DNA of 63,711 nt, counting the filler, from Octopus bimaculoides (lineage: Eukaryota): assembly GCF_001194135.2 (NCBI RefSeq). It is 5 parts of 5 records of this genome, joined end to end, with 100 filler letters (N's around TTAATTAATTAA, not from the genome) between each part and the next. Parts side by side here need not be neighbours in the genome. Positions count along the whole stretch, not along the records: positions 1 to 19,414 come from NC_068982.1; 4 more parts are not named here. One strand, 5' to 3'. The position numbers and the translations under genes were made by a program. The notes under the pieces were generated by a model. It was not told the DNA's origin. It did no database searches and was given only the letters and a program-made list of their open reading frames with translations. Shown piece after piece: positions 1 through 11,190 of this stretch (position 1 is the first letter of the stretch; every line of letters begins with the position of its first letter).

Positions 1-311
1 TATATACAGAATGTCCACAAAGTCTGGATACATGGAGATTAACACATACTTTAAGAAATTATTAGTTCTTGTATTTGTCGATCAGTGGTGGGGGACAATC
101 ACAGACACAAAGACACATACACATACATACATACATATACGACGAACTTCTTTCAGTTTCAGTCTACCGAATCCACTAACAAGGCTTTGATCGGCCCGAA
201 TATAGTAGAAGAGTGGGACTGAACCCAGAACCATGTGGTCGGAAAGTAAGCTTCTTACCACACAACCACGCCTGCGCCTCTGTCTGAAGAAACGATGATG
301 GCAAGGTCTAG

Positions 312-1114
312 ACATCGTTTGAGTCTCGTATGGTGTCGTTCAGAGAGTATCTATTGAACAACAGCACTAAAAATAAATGCCTCAATCAAGTTATCCAAAC
401 TGAAGAGAATGATATACTATGAGTCGGCGGTGAATTCCTCAATAAATATTCATTTCCTGACGAATTCCCACTGGATCTTTTAAACTAGCAGACTTCAACA
501 AAGACCTTGAAGAGAAGCACTTTTCATATTAAAAAGGTGTTATGCATGAACATGAATACTGTAAACTTGAGGCTAATACTAACCTCAACAGGAAATATAG
601 CTTATTTTTGACTCGTGACAGTCATATCACATTACATTTTGAAGAATATGCTTTTACAATCGAAGAATAAGAATTAGTTATAGAATACCTAAGGAACAAA
701 AGACACAATGAAGCGCTTTCAATATTGTATCGACAATGTTGTTGCTGAAAAATATACAATGACATCCGTAGGAAAGACTTCTCTATGATAAATACAGAAA
801 ATAATTCTTTTACTAAACATATTCATGTATATAAACATCAGAAATATTGGAGGTACATTCTCATTGAAATGTTTGCCAAGCGGTAATACAGCAGGTTTGA
901 AGTAGTTGTTTGGTGCAGAATAAAAGACAATGTATTTGTGGCTCTCCGTCGGTTGCGACGACGCACGTTCCAGTTGAACTGATCAACGGAACAGCCTACT
1001 CGTGAAACTAACGTGCAAGTGGCCGAGATCCTCACAGACACGCGTACCCTTAATGAAGTTCTTAGGGAGATTCAGCGTGATACAGGAGGTGACATGGCTA
1101 ACCCTTTGAAATAA
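312..1114 (+). pseudogene. Decayed intronless ORF, unidentified product
   Basis: Frame 482-1114 has only 5 internal stops in 210 codons, reads as protein-like sequence, and its stop overlaps AATAAA. An upstream segment joins through a frameshift near 480. Confidence 0.5.
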
Positions 1115-1119
1115 AAGTA

Positions 1120-1300
1120 CTATTCATTTTCTGCGAGCTGAGTGGACTGGAGCAGCATGAAATGAAGTGTCTTGCTCAAGGACTGGAGCAACGTGAAATA
1201 AAGTGTCTTGCTCAAAGACACAACGCCCCGCCAGGAATTTGAACTCGCAACCTTAGGACCGTGAGCTGAATACCCTAACTGCTAAGCTACGCGCCTTGGG
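1120..1300 (-). mobile_element. SINE family C (tRNA-like head GGCGCGTAGCTTAG..., CTTGAGCAAGACAC segment)
   Basis: Related copies at about 6470-6690(+), 19885-20000(+), 47625-47820(-), and a tail at 14890-15065. Confidence 0.75.
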
Positions 1301-2880
1301 GATGCAGGCGTATCATTGTCTGAGGAATTTGCCATGGATATGAGTGAGAGTGTGTTTATGGTGTGAGTGGTCTCTGTGTGTGTATTTTTAGAGCTGCGTT
1401 GTCAGACAGAGCCCCAGGGTGTATTTAATATCCGTTATTTTTCTTCCTCTTGTTGCAGGTGGTGTGATGATAAATGTATAAAGTCAGCTAGCCACATTGC
1501 AGATGTGTACACATTTCTTTCAAGATATGTAGCAAAAACAATATTCATGATAACTGCTTCGAAACCAACAGCTTCTCTTCCCGGATTATAAATTTTACGT
1601 TTGTATCCATAATTATTGAAGTACTTGGCTGTGTTAGTAAATATCTTAGCAACAATCTTGGAAATTGGGGTTTCCAGGAAGAAAGTGTTCTGCTAACATG
1701 CACTAGCAAATACAATTTGCACAAGCTGAGCATTGGAAGTATGCAAATTTTTTCTAATCTTCAGCAAGAGTAAATTTGGCCAATTGTTATCTCTCAAACA
1801 AAAATGCATATTTATGCGCGAGCGCGCACACACACTCACACACGCGTGCGCACGCACGCACAAACACATACGCACGCACGCCCACACACTCACATACACA
1901 CATATATATACATATATTCATAAAGATATATATATATTTTTNNNNNNNNNNNNNTATATATATGTATGTATATATATATATAAGTGCATGTAAATATACA
2001 AACGTACAAACGTACATTATTTATCCATCCATTAATTCGTCCATCCATCCATACATACATACATTCTACCTATTTGGTTTCGTTGAAATTCCGATGAAAG
2101 GATTTTGTTTCTAGGATTCTTATTTGTGAGAAACTGTGGAAATAAACTCGGAAAATGAACATACGGACCTATGCATTAATAAGCGCATACGTACGTACAC
2201 ATATGCACACACATCCATACATTCACATTCACATGCGCATATACGCCCACACATGCATACACATACATATTGCATGCATGCAATCATGTATGCATACATA
2301 TATACTTACCAATAAACGTACATATACATTTATTCATGTATCCATTCAAACATATATGCAAGCATACATACGTACATGTACATACGTTTAATAGATGTTG
2401 TAAGACGTAGCTTTAAGATCCAGAAGATAAACTTTACGTGAAATTATATATAAATATGGAGAAATCGTTTCATAGCTGAAAACATTTAAGTTCTTATATA
2501 TACATGACTCCCATACTGAATTATAAATGAATTTACTCGAAAATGATTTTTCCTTTCTTGTGTTTCTTTACTTATTTATATGGTTATGCTGTTGCAGATG
2601 TTGTTGTTGCTGCAGCTATTCCATACTCGACCAACATGTTATTAAGTTACTTAAGTTGTCGCCATTTTAAAATTCTTACACAAAAGTTTACATAGAATAT
2701 TGAATCGATTCTTGAAAGGAATTGTGCACCACTGACAACTAACATCTGTTTGATCAATTATTCTAGGCTTAATTATCACAGTAACAGAGAATATACATTT
2801 TTGTCTACAGTTGTTGCATCTTTAGTTGCTGTTCTTTTAACCCAAGTTATTCTTGATCAAGTCTTATAGCCAAAAGCATT

Positions 2881-4860
2881 CTAATCGTGACCTTCGCATC
2901 TTATTCCAGATGGCATCACTAGAGAATGTGTACTGCTTGTCATTCGGTGTATAAGATTGGAGGGAGATTTAGTTGCTATTTTTAGAAGATCAAGTGACCA
3001 CGTAGGAATTCCTTCGTTGGCATAGTTGTTCCCTTGTGTTCCTCTGTACAGGGAAATGCTAGATCTTGCTCTACTGGATTCACCAGTTCCGTTTATGAAT
3101 ACAAAGTCAATGATGGGAATTGTTGCAGGCTGCTGGCGCAAGACATTACAGAACATTGATAGAATGTAAAGGCGTTACTTGGATGCAAGCGAAGCAACCC
3201 GATCAAAATTAGCTTACATTAGTAAGGGATCTATTCCATGTTATACCACCGGTTGTGACATCGATGCTGGAGGTGGTATTGTCTTGGCAGGAATAGCCAA
3301 CCAACCGTAACCTTTTGTACTTTGAAGAGATTAAGGCATTCCTGTGCAGTTTGAAAGTGATATTACAAAAGATGTGAAATTTCTGGCCATATTTGTAGTG
3401 ACGTCTAAGTTATGGGATAGGTGAACTAGATTCCGCTTCCTAAATCTCGTTCAATATTGGATGGATGGAGATTTCTCCATATAAACTAACTTCTCACTAA
3501 GCACTCTCTTGACTAACCTCGTTATAGCAAGAGTTGCTTTACCAAAACTTTCCTTATCGAATGATAGTTTAAAGTTCCTCTCGCTTATACCTTCTACTAG
3601 ATTCTTAATTATAGCTGGGGCATGACTGGGGATACTATGGATATATACAATACCATTTTTTGACTTCTAATAATAGCATTGCTAATCTGTCTTAACATCT
3701 AATGCAGCACCTAGGAAGTTAGCTATCGTTAGATTGGTAATAGTCATGATGTTTAAATCAAACTTAAGTTTCTTTTCGGTTTTACCCTGGAGCGGCCGCT
3801 CATATTGAGTGAGATTGCTAAACTTTCATTCCTTATAAAACTGAGATGTGAAAGATATCTTTAACACTCTTTCTAATCCTAAAAATATGAAGAATATGGT
3901 GGTGGTAGTGCTACTGCAGCTGCTGCTGGAAATTCGAAATTGTTGGATAAAAATTCGCAATATGAAATTGGATGGGTTTTCAGGCGGTTCTATTTTCAAT
4001 GCTGTGAAACTACTTGATTGCTTCAGCTCTGCAGTTTCATTGATCAAACCTCGAAGCACATCTAATTACTTGATTAATGGTGTTGAAAATACGTTTAGTA
4101 ACTATTCTCAATTCGCTTTTGGTGGTGTGAATATTAGCCTGCATTTAAGACTGGTGAATAAATTAGGTCTGTGGTCCTTAAAGGTGATTCATTGATGGCA
4201 TGTGTCGCTTGGCAAGGCAATTCATTTGGCAATTTTATTTTTAACAGAGTAGCTCGTTCTCTTGTTATGGTGTACTTATATCAATGGGATATTTTCTTTG
4301 AATGTTTTGGTAATGCACTTTGTTATGAGCTGATTGTGCATTGTAAAGCCTCTTTCGCATAGGCTCCTCGTTTTGTCGGCAAGAATATAAATGAGAATGG
4401 ATTATTTTAACAGTATCATGTAATTGTTCAAAGTTTTTAGGAATGCGTTTGTACAAGGTGGAAATCTTCTCGTTTTTATCGCGTTAATGAGGTTGGATTT
4501 AAAATTCTCGAGATACACTTCCTTGATTTAAATCCGTATTTATCTATAGACGTTTCTATGATGCCATTTTTGATGAAGTAGATTTTCCAGATGCATCTGC
4601 TTGACATTAATTAAGTTTCTTGTCTTCTTAATCGGTGTGTGATATAAGGCTTCCTGTACAGAATCTGCATCTGCTTCAGGAAATATGGAAAGTAGTGCTT
4701 CTCCATAGCCAACCACTAATATTCGGTTTGTTGATAGGATTCAACAAGATTTGTTATACGTAAATATGTAAAAACGGCAATGTATCTTGTAGGTGGAGTA
4801 TGGTGGCTGCAAAGCAGGTGTAGTTTAATACAGTATTTTTGCGGCATATAAAGGAACATC
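2881..4860 (-). pseudogene. Long decayed intronless ORF, unidentified (possible endogenous viral element)
   Basis: One minus frame carries about 19 stops in 660 codons, and only 8 internal stops between 4059 and 2881. No recognisable RT or transposase motif. Confidence 0.55.
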
Positions 4861-5339
4861 TTTATTAATAGTTTAATCGAATGAACAGCTGTTTCTTTAT
4901 ATGCTATAAAAATACACTATTAAACCATATCTATATGTCACCACTATACCCCACCCACAAGATGAACAAAAAACAAATGGTTTGGAAAGCAGAAACATTT
5001 TACATTTACATCTGACAAAAGCAAGTGAACCGAAACTTTGATGTCACTATAAACCTTCCTTTGTTGAAATGAAATGAAATATACTTTACTTAGACATATT
5101 AAGTGATTCTCCTTTTAATGTATGTCTGTTTACAAATATAACAATACATAAAAACAAATAATATATATATACATATGTATAAATACACACACACACACAC
5201 ACACACACATGTTATACATGTTCGTCGACAGGGTTTTCATGGTGGAAACAGTGTTCTCATTTACTGAAATGGATCACCAGTTAGCCGTTTAATTTGAGAA
5301 ACTTCAAATAAATGTTAGATAATTATGTTTACATGGAAC

Positions 5340-5422
5340 TGGTGAGGAAGTTCTACTATAGCCTCGTGCCGACCAAAGCCTTCTGCGTAGATTTGGTAGA
5401 CAGAAACTGAAAGAAGCCCGTC

Positions 5423-5470
<48 letters not shown>

Positions 5471-5700
5471 GTATGTATATGTTTGTGTGCCTGTGTTTGT
5501 CCTCTCCCCCAACATCGCTTGACAACCGATGCTGGGGTGTTAACGTCCCCGTAACTTAGCCGTTCGGCAAGAGAGTCCGATAGAATAAGTACTAGGCTTA
5601 CAAAGAATGAGTTCTGCAGTCGATTTGCTCGACTAAAGGCGGTGCTCCAGCATGGCCGCACTCAGATGACAGAAACAAATAAAAGAAAGAAAAGAAAGAA
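5340..5700 (+). mobile_element. SINE family A (tRNA-like head, CORE-like CCTTGGGCAAG segment, central TA/TG microsatellite); representative copy lacking the head
   Basis: Homologous pieces at about 82-280(-), 19510-19830(+), 26875-27100(-), 28810-28965(-), 32615-32705(+), 35620-35780(-), 39615-39990(-), 42505-42650(+), 43550-43635(-), 46695-46840(-), 47400-47545(+) and 58855-59250(+). Heads show A-box and B-box (GGTTCAGTCC) motifs. Confidence 0.85.
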
Positions 5701-5724
5701 AAATACTTTTGTCATAGAGAAACA

Positions 5725-5975
5725 GGAGAGTATTGTAGTTCGCTTGAAGCATTGTGTATTGTTTGTAAAGAATAAAAAGTTTTGAATGGTACAACAATGC
5801 ACTATAATACAAAAAAAATGGACTATATACCTGTTGTAATTTGGTTATCTATAGTCCGATGATATTTCGGAATTACAATTCCTTCTTCAGATCTTCTTAA
5901 CCAAATTACAACAGGTATATAGTCCATTTTTTTTGTATTATAGTGCATTGTTGCACCATTCAAAACTTTTTATTC
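5725..5975 (-). mobile_element. Penelope-like mini-insertion: fold-back arms around a minimal hammerhead ribozyme, 13-bp TSD
   Basis: Arms 5770-5847 and 5898-5975 (78 bp, 1 mismatch). TCATAGAGAAACA occurs at 5712-5724 and 5976-5988. Hammerhead core lies in the loop. Confidence 0.75.
5858..5893 (-). ncRNA. Minimal type I hammerhead ribozyme (Penelope-type)
   Basis: Minus strand reads GAU-CUGAAGA-A-GGAAU(UGUA)AUUCC-GAAA-UA-UC-AUC: conserved core, stem II, palindromic AUAU stem III, AUC cleavage triplet and a 3-bp stem I. Confidence 0.65.
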
Positions 5976-7306
5976 TCATAGAGAAACAATTTAGCACAAC
6001 ATAAGATACTTGTGCACAGTAACTATTATACACTAAAGAAATTATTACCCACTGTCCATTATGGTTTATAATTTTTATTCTCTAAATATTGTGAGTCATA
6101 ATTATAAAACACCAATGATATACATAGATAAAACACTGAATATCTCCCGAACAGAGGGAACGTACGCCAGACGGTTGAGGTTTATTTCTGGTTTCAAGAA
6201 ATAGATGAGAGATAATTACTGCTTGTAGATAAGGCGCAGTCTATCGCAGATAATTTTTCTAGATGATCCGAAGTGTGTGAATAAAATGTCCTGTGCAATG
6301 GGTTTATATTCCCATACTCGGGGTTAGCAATAGATGTTATTCATATGTAGTTTCACCCCATCCTCATCGCACCGTTAATCCCGTACATGTTTCTATTCAC
6401 ATTTACGAAGCTATAAGAATATGAGATCAGCCCCAATACATTTACTAGTATTTTAAATTAGTAATCCCAGAAGGCGCGTGGCCTAGTGGTTAAGCTGTTG
6501 GACTCACGATCGCTAAATCCTCAATAGGCGGAGCGTCCTGTACTTGAGCAAAACCTCACATTGTTCCAGTCCCCCTTCGATCAGTGGGGATCGTTGGCCT
6601 GCTCGCCTAGCCAGCGGGGTGGCGTCATCTAAAAGCTAAAACAATGCAAAAAAGTGCATTGTAACCAGCGATGTATAACGACATCTGAAGAAGAAAGATC
6701 AAAAACACTCCAGCTGTAAACATACCAATTTTTTTCCTTGTTTTCAGAGAGAGTGTGCCTAGAATTGCTGTATCCGATGTGTCTTTCTTTTTATAAAAAT
6801 GGTAAGCTGTGATTTGAAGGAGAACTGGCTACTATTCCAACCGATTCAACGACTATATAGAGACTCTACCATTGTCTTCCATCGAGTCCTGAAATCGTTA
6901 TTCTGTGAACCTGTGGTGCAGAGAAGATTTATGATATGAAAATAAGAAAAAATATACATTATGTTCGTTAAGAAAGAAAGGAAAAAATTTTGGTTAAGTT
7001 TCCTAATATATAACAGCAGTTATATATTAGGAAACAAATTGTACCTTATGGGTTATTTTTGAAACGGAATATGCTGTTGTTAGAGCTCGTGGGATGAACT
7101 TCGTCTTAAAAAAAGATATGGTCGCTGGAAAGACCACGTGGGACGAACAAAAATATGTTTAAAAAGATATGGTCGCGGGAAAGCCGGTATCTAACATGAC
7201 AATATTCTGTTGTAGTTCATATGGCTTCTGTAGAGATATGTCCCCATTGCATGAAAATTAGCGGATATTTTACCTTCATGTGAGAGGCTATCACACATAC
7301 ACACAT

Positions 7307-7308
7307 GG

Positions 7309-7341
<33 letters not shown>

Positions 7342-7426
7342 TTCTTTCTCTCTCTCTCTCACTTTCTCTCTCTCTCTCTCTCTCTTTTTCTCCCTCTCTT
7401 TCTCTCTCTCTCTTTCTGTCTCTCTT

Positions 7427-7500
<74 letters not shown>
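7307..7500. repeat. (CT)n/(CA)n microsatellite
   Basis: Direct inspection. Similar dinucleotide tracts occur at about 33345-33820, 38145-38280, 61110-61200, 61725-61842 and 63070-63270. Confidence 0.95.
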
Positions 7501-8140
7501 GTAGATAAATCGCATTCACAATAAGCATACATGTACACACTCATGTATATAAAGAAAGCAAGATCCAGCATTTGTTACTTGTAAAAAAGCATCTTTTTAA
7601 CAGTTGCTTTATTTATTTCCATAGCTTGTCGGGGAGTAACCCCGGTATTTATAACAGTCAATCTTAATGCTGTTTTCTCTTCATATTTAAAGAAACAAAA
7701 TATGAGGCGGAGCCGCAGGCCGTAGGCAGAAAGCAGCGCAGGAATATATGATTTTGTTTAAAGCACAAAGGTATAAATTATAACACAATGACTTCCCAGA
7801 TATATTTCAGAGAAAACATACCATGAATGCAATCCTTTGATCTGATGTCTAGTCAGAGCTGACCCGAGGCTAAACAACAACGACAACTACTACTACTACT
7901 ACTACTACTATTACTACTACTTACTTCCATGCACACATAATCTACCAAATGGCGTTTACAATTCGAACATCTATTATAATTCCATTCACGTCTAAGATGT
8001 TTTATAGGAATATACCCGACTTCGTATACAACTTCGATCCTGTCTGCTGTCGTGAATCAGTACTTAGTCTAATGATTCATAGCTTATGAAAAGAAAAGTT
8101 TTTATTATTACATTTTATTATATTAACATATCGCTATTAA

Positions 8141-8667
8141 TCAGGGATTGATTGCAAAGGCTATTAGGTACGCTGTTGTGTGCTTTTTCACATCAGCGTT
8201 TACTGCGTGCCTTAGTATTAGGGTTTCAATAATTTTCATCGTCTCCAGTTTTCGTCGTCCAATATTTCTGGGCCATAGATTACGTTTTGAATACATTTGA
8301 AAGCCAATAAACTGTTTATAAGATCTCCGAAATATGATAATGCGAAGCTAATATGCAGAGATACTGTCATACGCATACAACTCGAACTGCGAAACCGCTT
8401 CAAGTGACTTCAATGCATTTTTGATGAGCCTAATCCACACCCCAAAACGAGCGGAATTGCAGTCGGTTACGTGGGTACAATCATTCGTTGAACTCCCCAG
8501 CAGGTTGGTCCTAGCAGCATTATAGAACAAACTTTATTGTGGTATTTAGCATGAAAGAAACTCTCATTTAGGCTTTTAGTGCAAAACGCACGCTTGTTTA
8601 TATCGTTAGCGGGGAGATAACTCCCCACCAACTCCAGTGCCGAGGCCACCAGATTACGTGATTTCAA
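8141..8667 (-). pseudogene. Decayed intronless ORF, unidentified
   Basis: 8530-8141 has one internal stop in about 130 codons, and a frameshifted upstream ORF runs from 8667. Confidence 0.45.
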
Positions 8668-9795
8668 CCTTCCTTAGTCTCATCGGTGATAGGCGCTCGA
8701 CCGCTAGAAATAGCAGCGATTTATTTCCCCGTTAGCGATAGATAGAAAATCAGTGCCCAAACAGTCACTGGTGTCATGATTAGACAGTGAACTTGTTAAA
8801 AATATTTATTTTATTAGCATCAGAGGCAGTATTAATACGAAGAGGTAATAGTTATTACCTCTTAAACGTGGATGTTCTGTTATAAACAAGCGTGGATTTC
8901 GCACCAAAAGCCGGTGTGAGAGTTTCTTTCGTGGCATCTAAAGCAGTAAAGTTTGGTCTAACAGAATATTCACGTTTAAGTGGGAATAAATATTACTTAT
9001 AGGTTTATACATCAGAGCATCGTCAACAAAATAGCAGAAAGAAGAGATGATTACTATAAACAAGCCATTTATGTATAACAAGAATAACAAAAGTCCTAAA
9101 TCTAAACATTTTCATATCCCTGATATTATCAGGGTTGCTATTGATTTCAAGACCATTCAGCAACATCTGTAGCACTCAGCCACTAAACAAGGCTCCTACC
9201 ACATAGAATTCTTATTGATTCTCTGTATTAGTTTACTTGAAGATATTGCGTTGAAAACTTTCGTAATATCTTGAACTATTACACTCATACTGATATATTT
9301 TGTCCCAGCTTTCGATCAGATTTTGTTAAAAGATAGGATTTACAGTTATGGCGTGCTTTAAAACCATGCAGGTATTCATTGATCGTTTTACTAATATCGA
9401 TAATCTTTTGACATTACAACAATTTATTCTGTTCTCTATCTAGGGATTTAAATATAGTATGACGTAGGGATTATCAAGACGTATTACATAAACTTACGTA
9501 GCTCTATGTGATGCTTTGCTCAAAAACGAATCACGTAAACATCTGGCGTATCAACCACCATTCGCTGTCTTACAAAACTTAGTCAACTGATACTTTACGT
9601 TTTATGATTTCTATCACAACTAGTGAATTAAGATATTTGAATAAAGAAAATAGTGTTTAAGATTGTAATACTTGTTACAAAGCTTAAATGCGGTAGCAAT
9701 TACAAAATTAAATTTATTTGGACAATGTTGCATTATTGAAAATATTAGTTGAAACACTATCCACTGAGCGTTTTCGTTCAAGTCTATGTAAAGTG

Positions 9796-9839
<44 letters not shown>

Positions 9840-10060
9840 TGTATGCACACTTACATATGTGTGTGTGTGTGTATGTGTATGATTACATAAAGCGAAAACA
9901 TACACAAACAGACAAATGAATAGACACATAGACATACATGTTGAGTATGGAAGAAGGATCAATGCCCATGACCTCACCAGCTCTTCTTTCTACTTCGAGG
10001 CACCCTTGCCAACACTTTCAGAAATCCACGGTTCCTCTATTAGGAAATCTAATATGACAG

Positions 10061-10445
10061 TTTTTTAATTTTTTTTTTATTCAACATCAATATAACAAAA
10101 CTTTGTCCCTGGATAATAACATCTGTGTATGAAAACTATGTCCCTGGAATTGATGATAATAAAAAAAATGTCTTTATTTCACCGTCGACGTCGTCGTTGG
10201 CGTTTTATCGTGTGTTCGATAATTTATTTGGATTCTTCTTGACCTCTTCTTCTCCTCTGATGACTAACGACGCCGATTCTTGCATGGAAGAGTCTGTTGC
10301 AAAGTTCACAGCGTTCAAGGATATCTTGTGGACCAGTCAGGATGGTGTTGGGGGTCTACTGATTGAAGAGACCCTGTTGATGATGTCACGTTTTGCATCG
10401 ATGAGCTGGCTGATTTCTTGATCATTGTCATCAAGCCAGTTCTTA
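10061..10445 (-). mobile_element. Internally deleted RTE-clade LINE piece with poly(A) end
   Basis: WLDDNDQEISQLIDAKR (post-endonuclease region) is joined directly to the C-terminal zinc finger CELCNRLFHARIGVVSHQRR*, followed by AATAAA and an A-run. Confidence 0.7.
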
Positions 10446-11019
10446 TATCAACCAATGTTGATAAAATAAACATAAAATAGATGACAATACAAAGATGCAA
10501 TAGCCAACAATACAAAATATAAGATGACAATAATATTTAATGTTAAAATAGTATCTAAATGTATTTTTGACTCTAAATGATCAATCCTGATCATATGAAA
10601 GTGAAAGTCTAAAATGAGAAGTTAGAGGAATGTTCATAGACACATGAACGAGAAATATCAGTTCGTAGTCAATTTTACACGGTGATAGAAATCCCGTATC
10701 AAGACGTTGTGGCGATGATGCAGAGCCGGTTGCGGTACGTGTCTTACGAAGTTGTGGCTATAATGTTGCTGCCTGGGTTACTTGTACAGGAGTTCTCGCA
10801 GGTTGTATGGTGAAGTAGTTCGCAAACAGTGCGATGTTAGAACCTGTGCAGCGTTGCTGGTGCTGTGTACGTAGAGATGTTGTTGACGACGTTGCTGAGA
10901 GACATGATAGCGGCGACGAAGATGGAGGTCGCTGTAGCGCTGTTGGACGGGTGTTGTCTGGCGTTGTCGCTGGAACTGGCTGTGTCGTGTGGTCAGTGGC
11001 TAGACTTTAAAAGGTCTGG

Positions 11020-11190
11020 AACTAAAGACTTTGAGACGAGGAGAAGTTGAGTTTTTATAGATAACAGTAGGCTCAAACTGGGGTTGAGAACAGACTGTCT
11101 CACGTAATCTTATTTAGGGACTATGATTGGTTAGGTTGCATATTGGCGCGATAGAGTAAGAGGCAAATTGCGCCAATACCAACCAATCAG
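11020..11190 (-). promoter_or_regulatory. Candidate Pol II promoter (TATA plus four CCAAT and two E2F-like sites in an inverted repeat)
   Basis: TATAAAAA at 11059-11052 on minus; ATTGG at 11126 and 11142; CCAAT at 11173 and 11183; TTGGCGC on both arms. Motif-level evidence only. Confidence 0.5.

Noticed and set aside
1200-1300. tRNA-like sequences with A and B boxes (many SINE heads)
   Set aside because: They continue into SINE bodies and do not form a full cloverleaf, so they are not tRNA genes.
2881-4059. Initial reading of this relic as a LINE reverse transcriptase
   Set aside because: No QG, YADD or FLG RT motifs were found in any frame examined.
7217-7540. Long ORFs such as poly-ER, poly-LS, poly-YI, poly-HT, poly-H and X-rich ORFs throughout the track
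   Set aside because: They are translations of microsatellites or N runs, which cannot contain stops.
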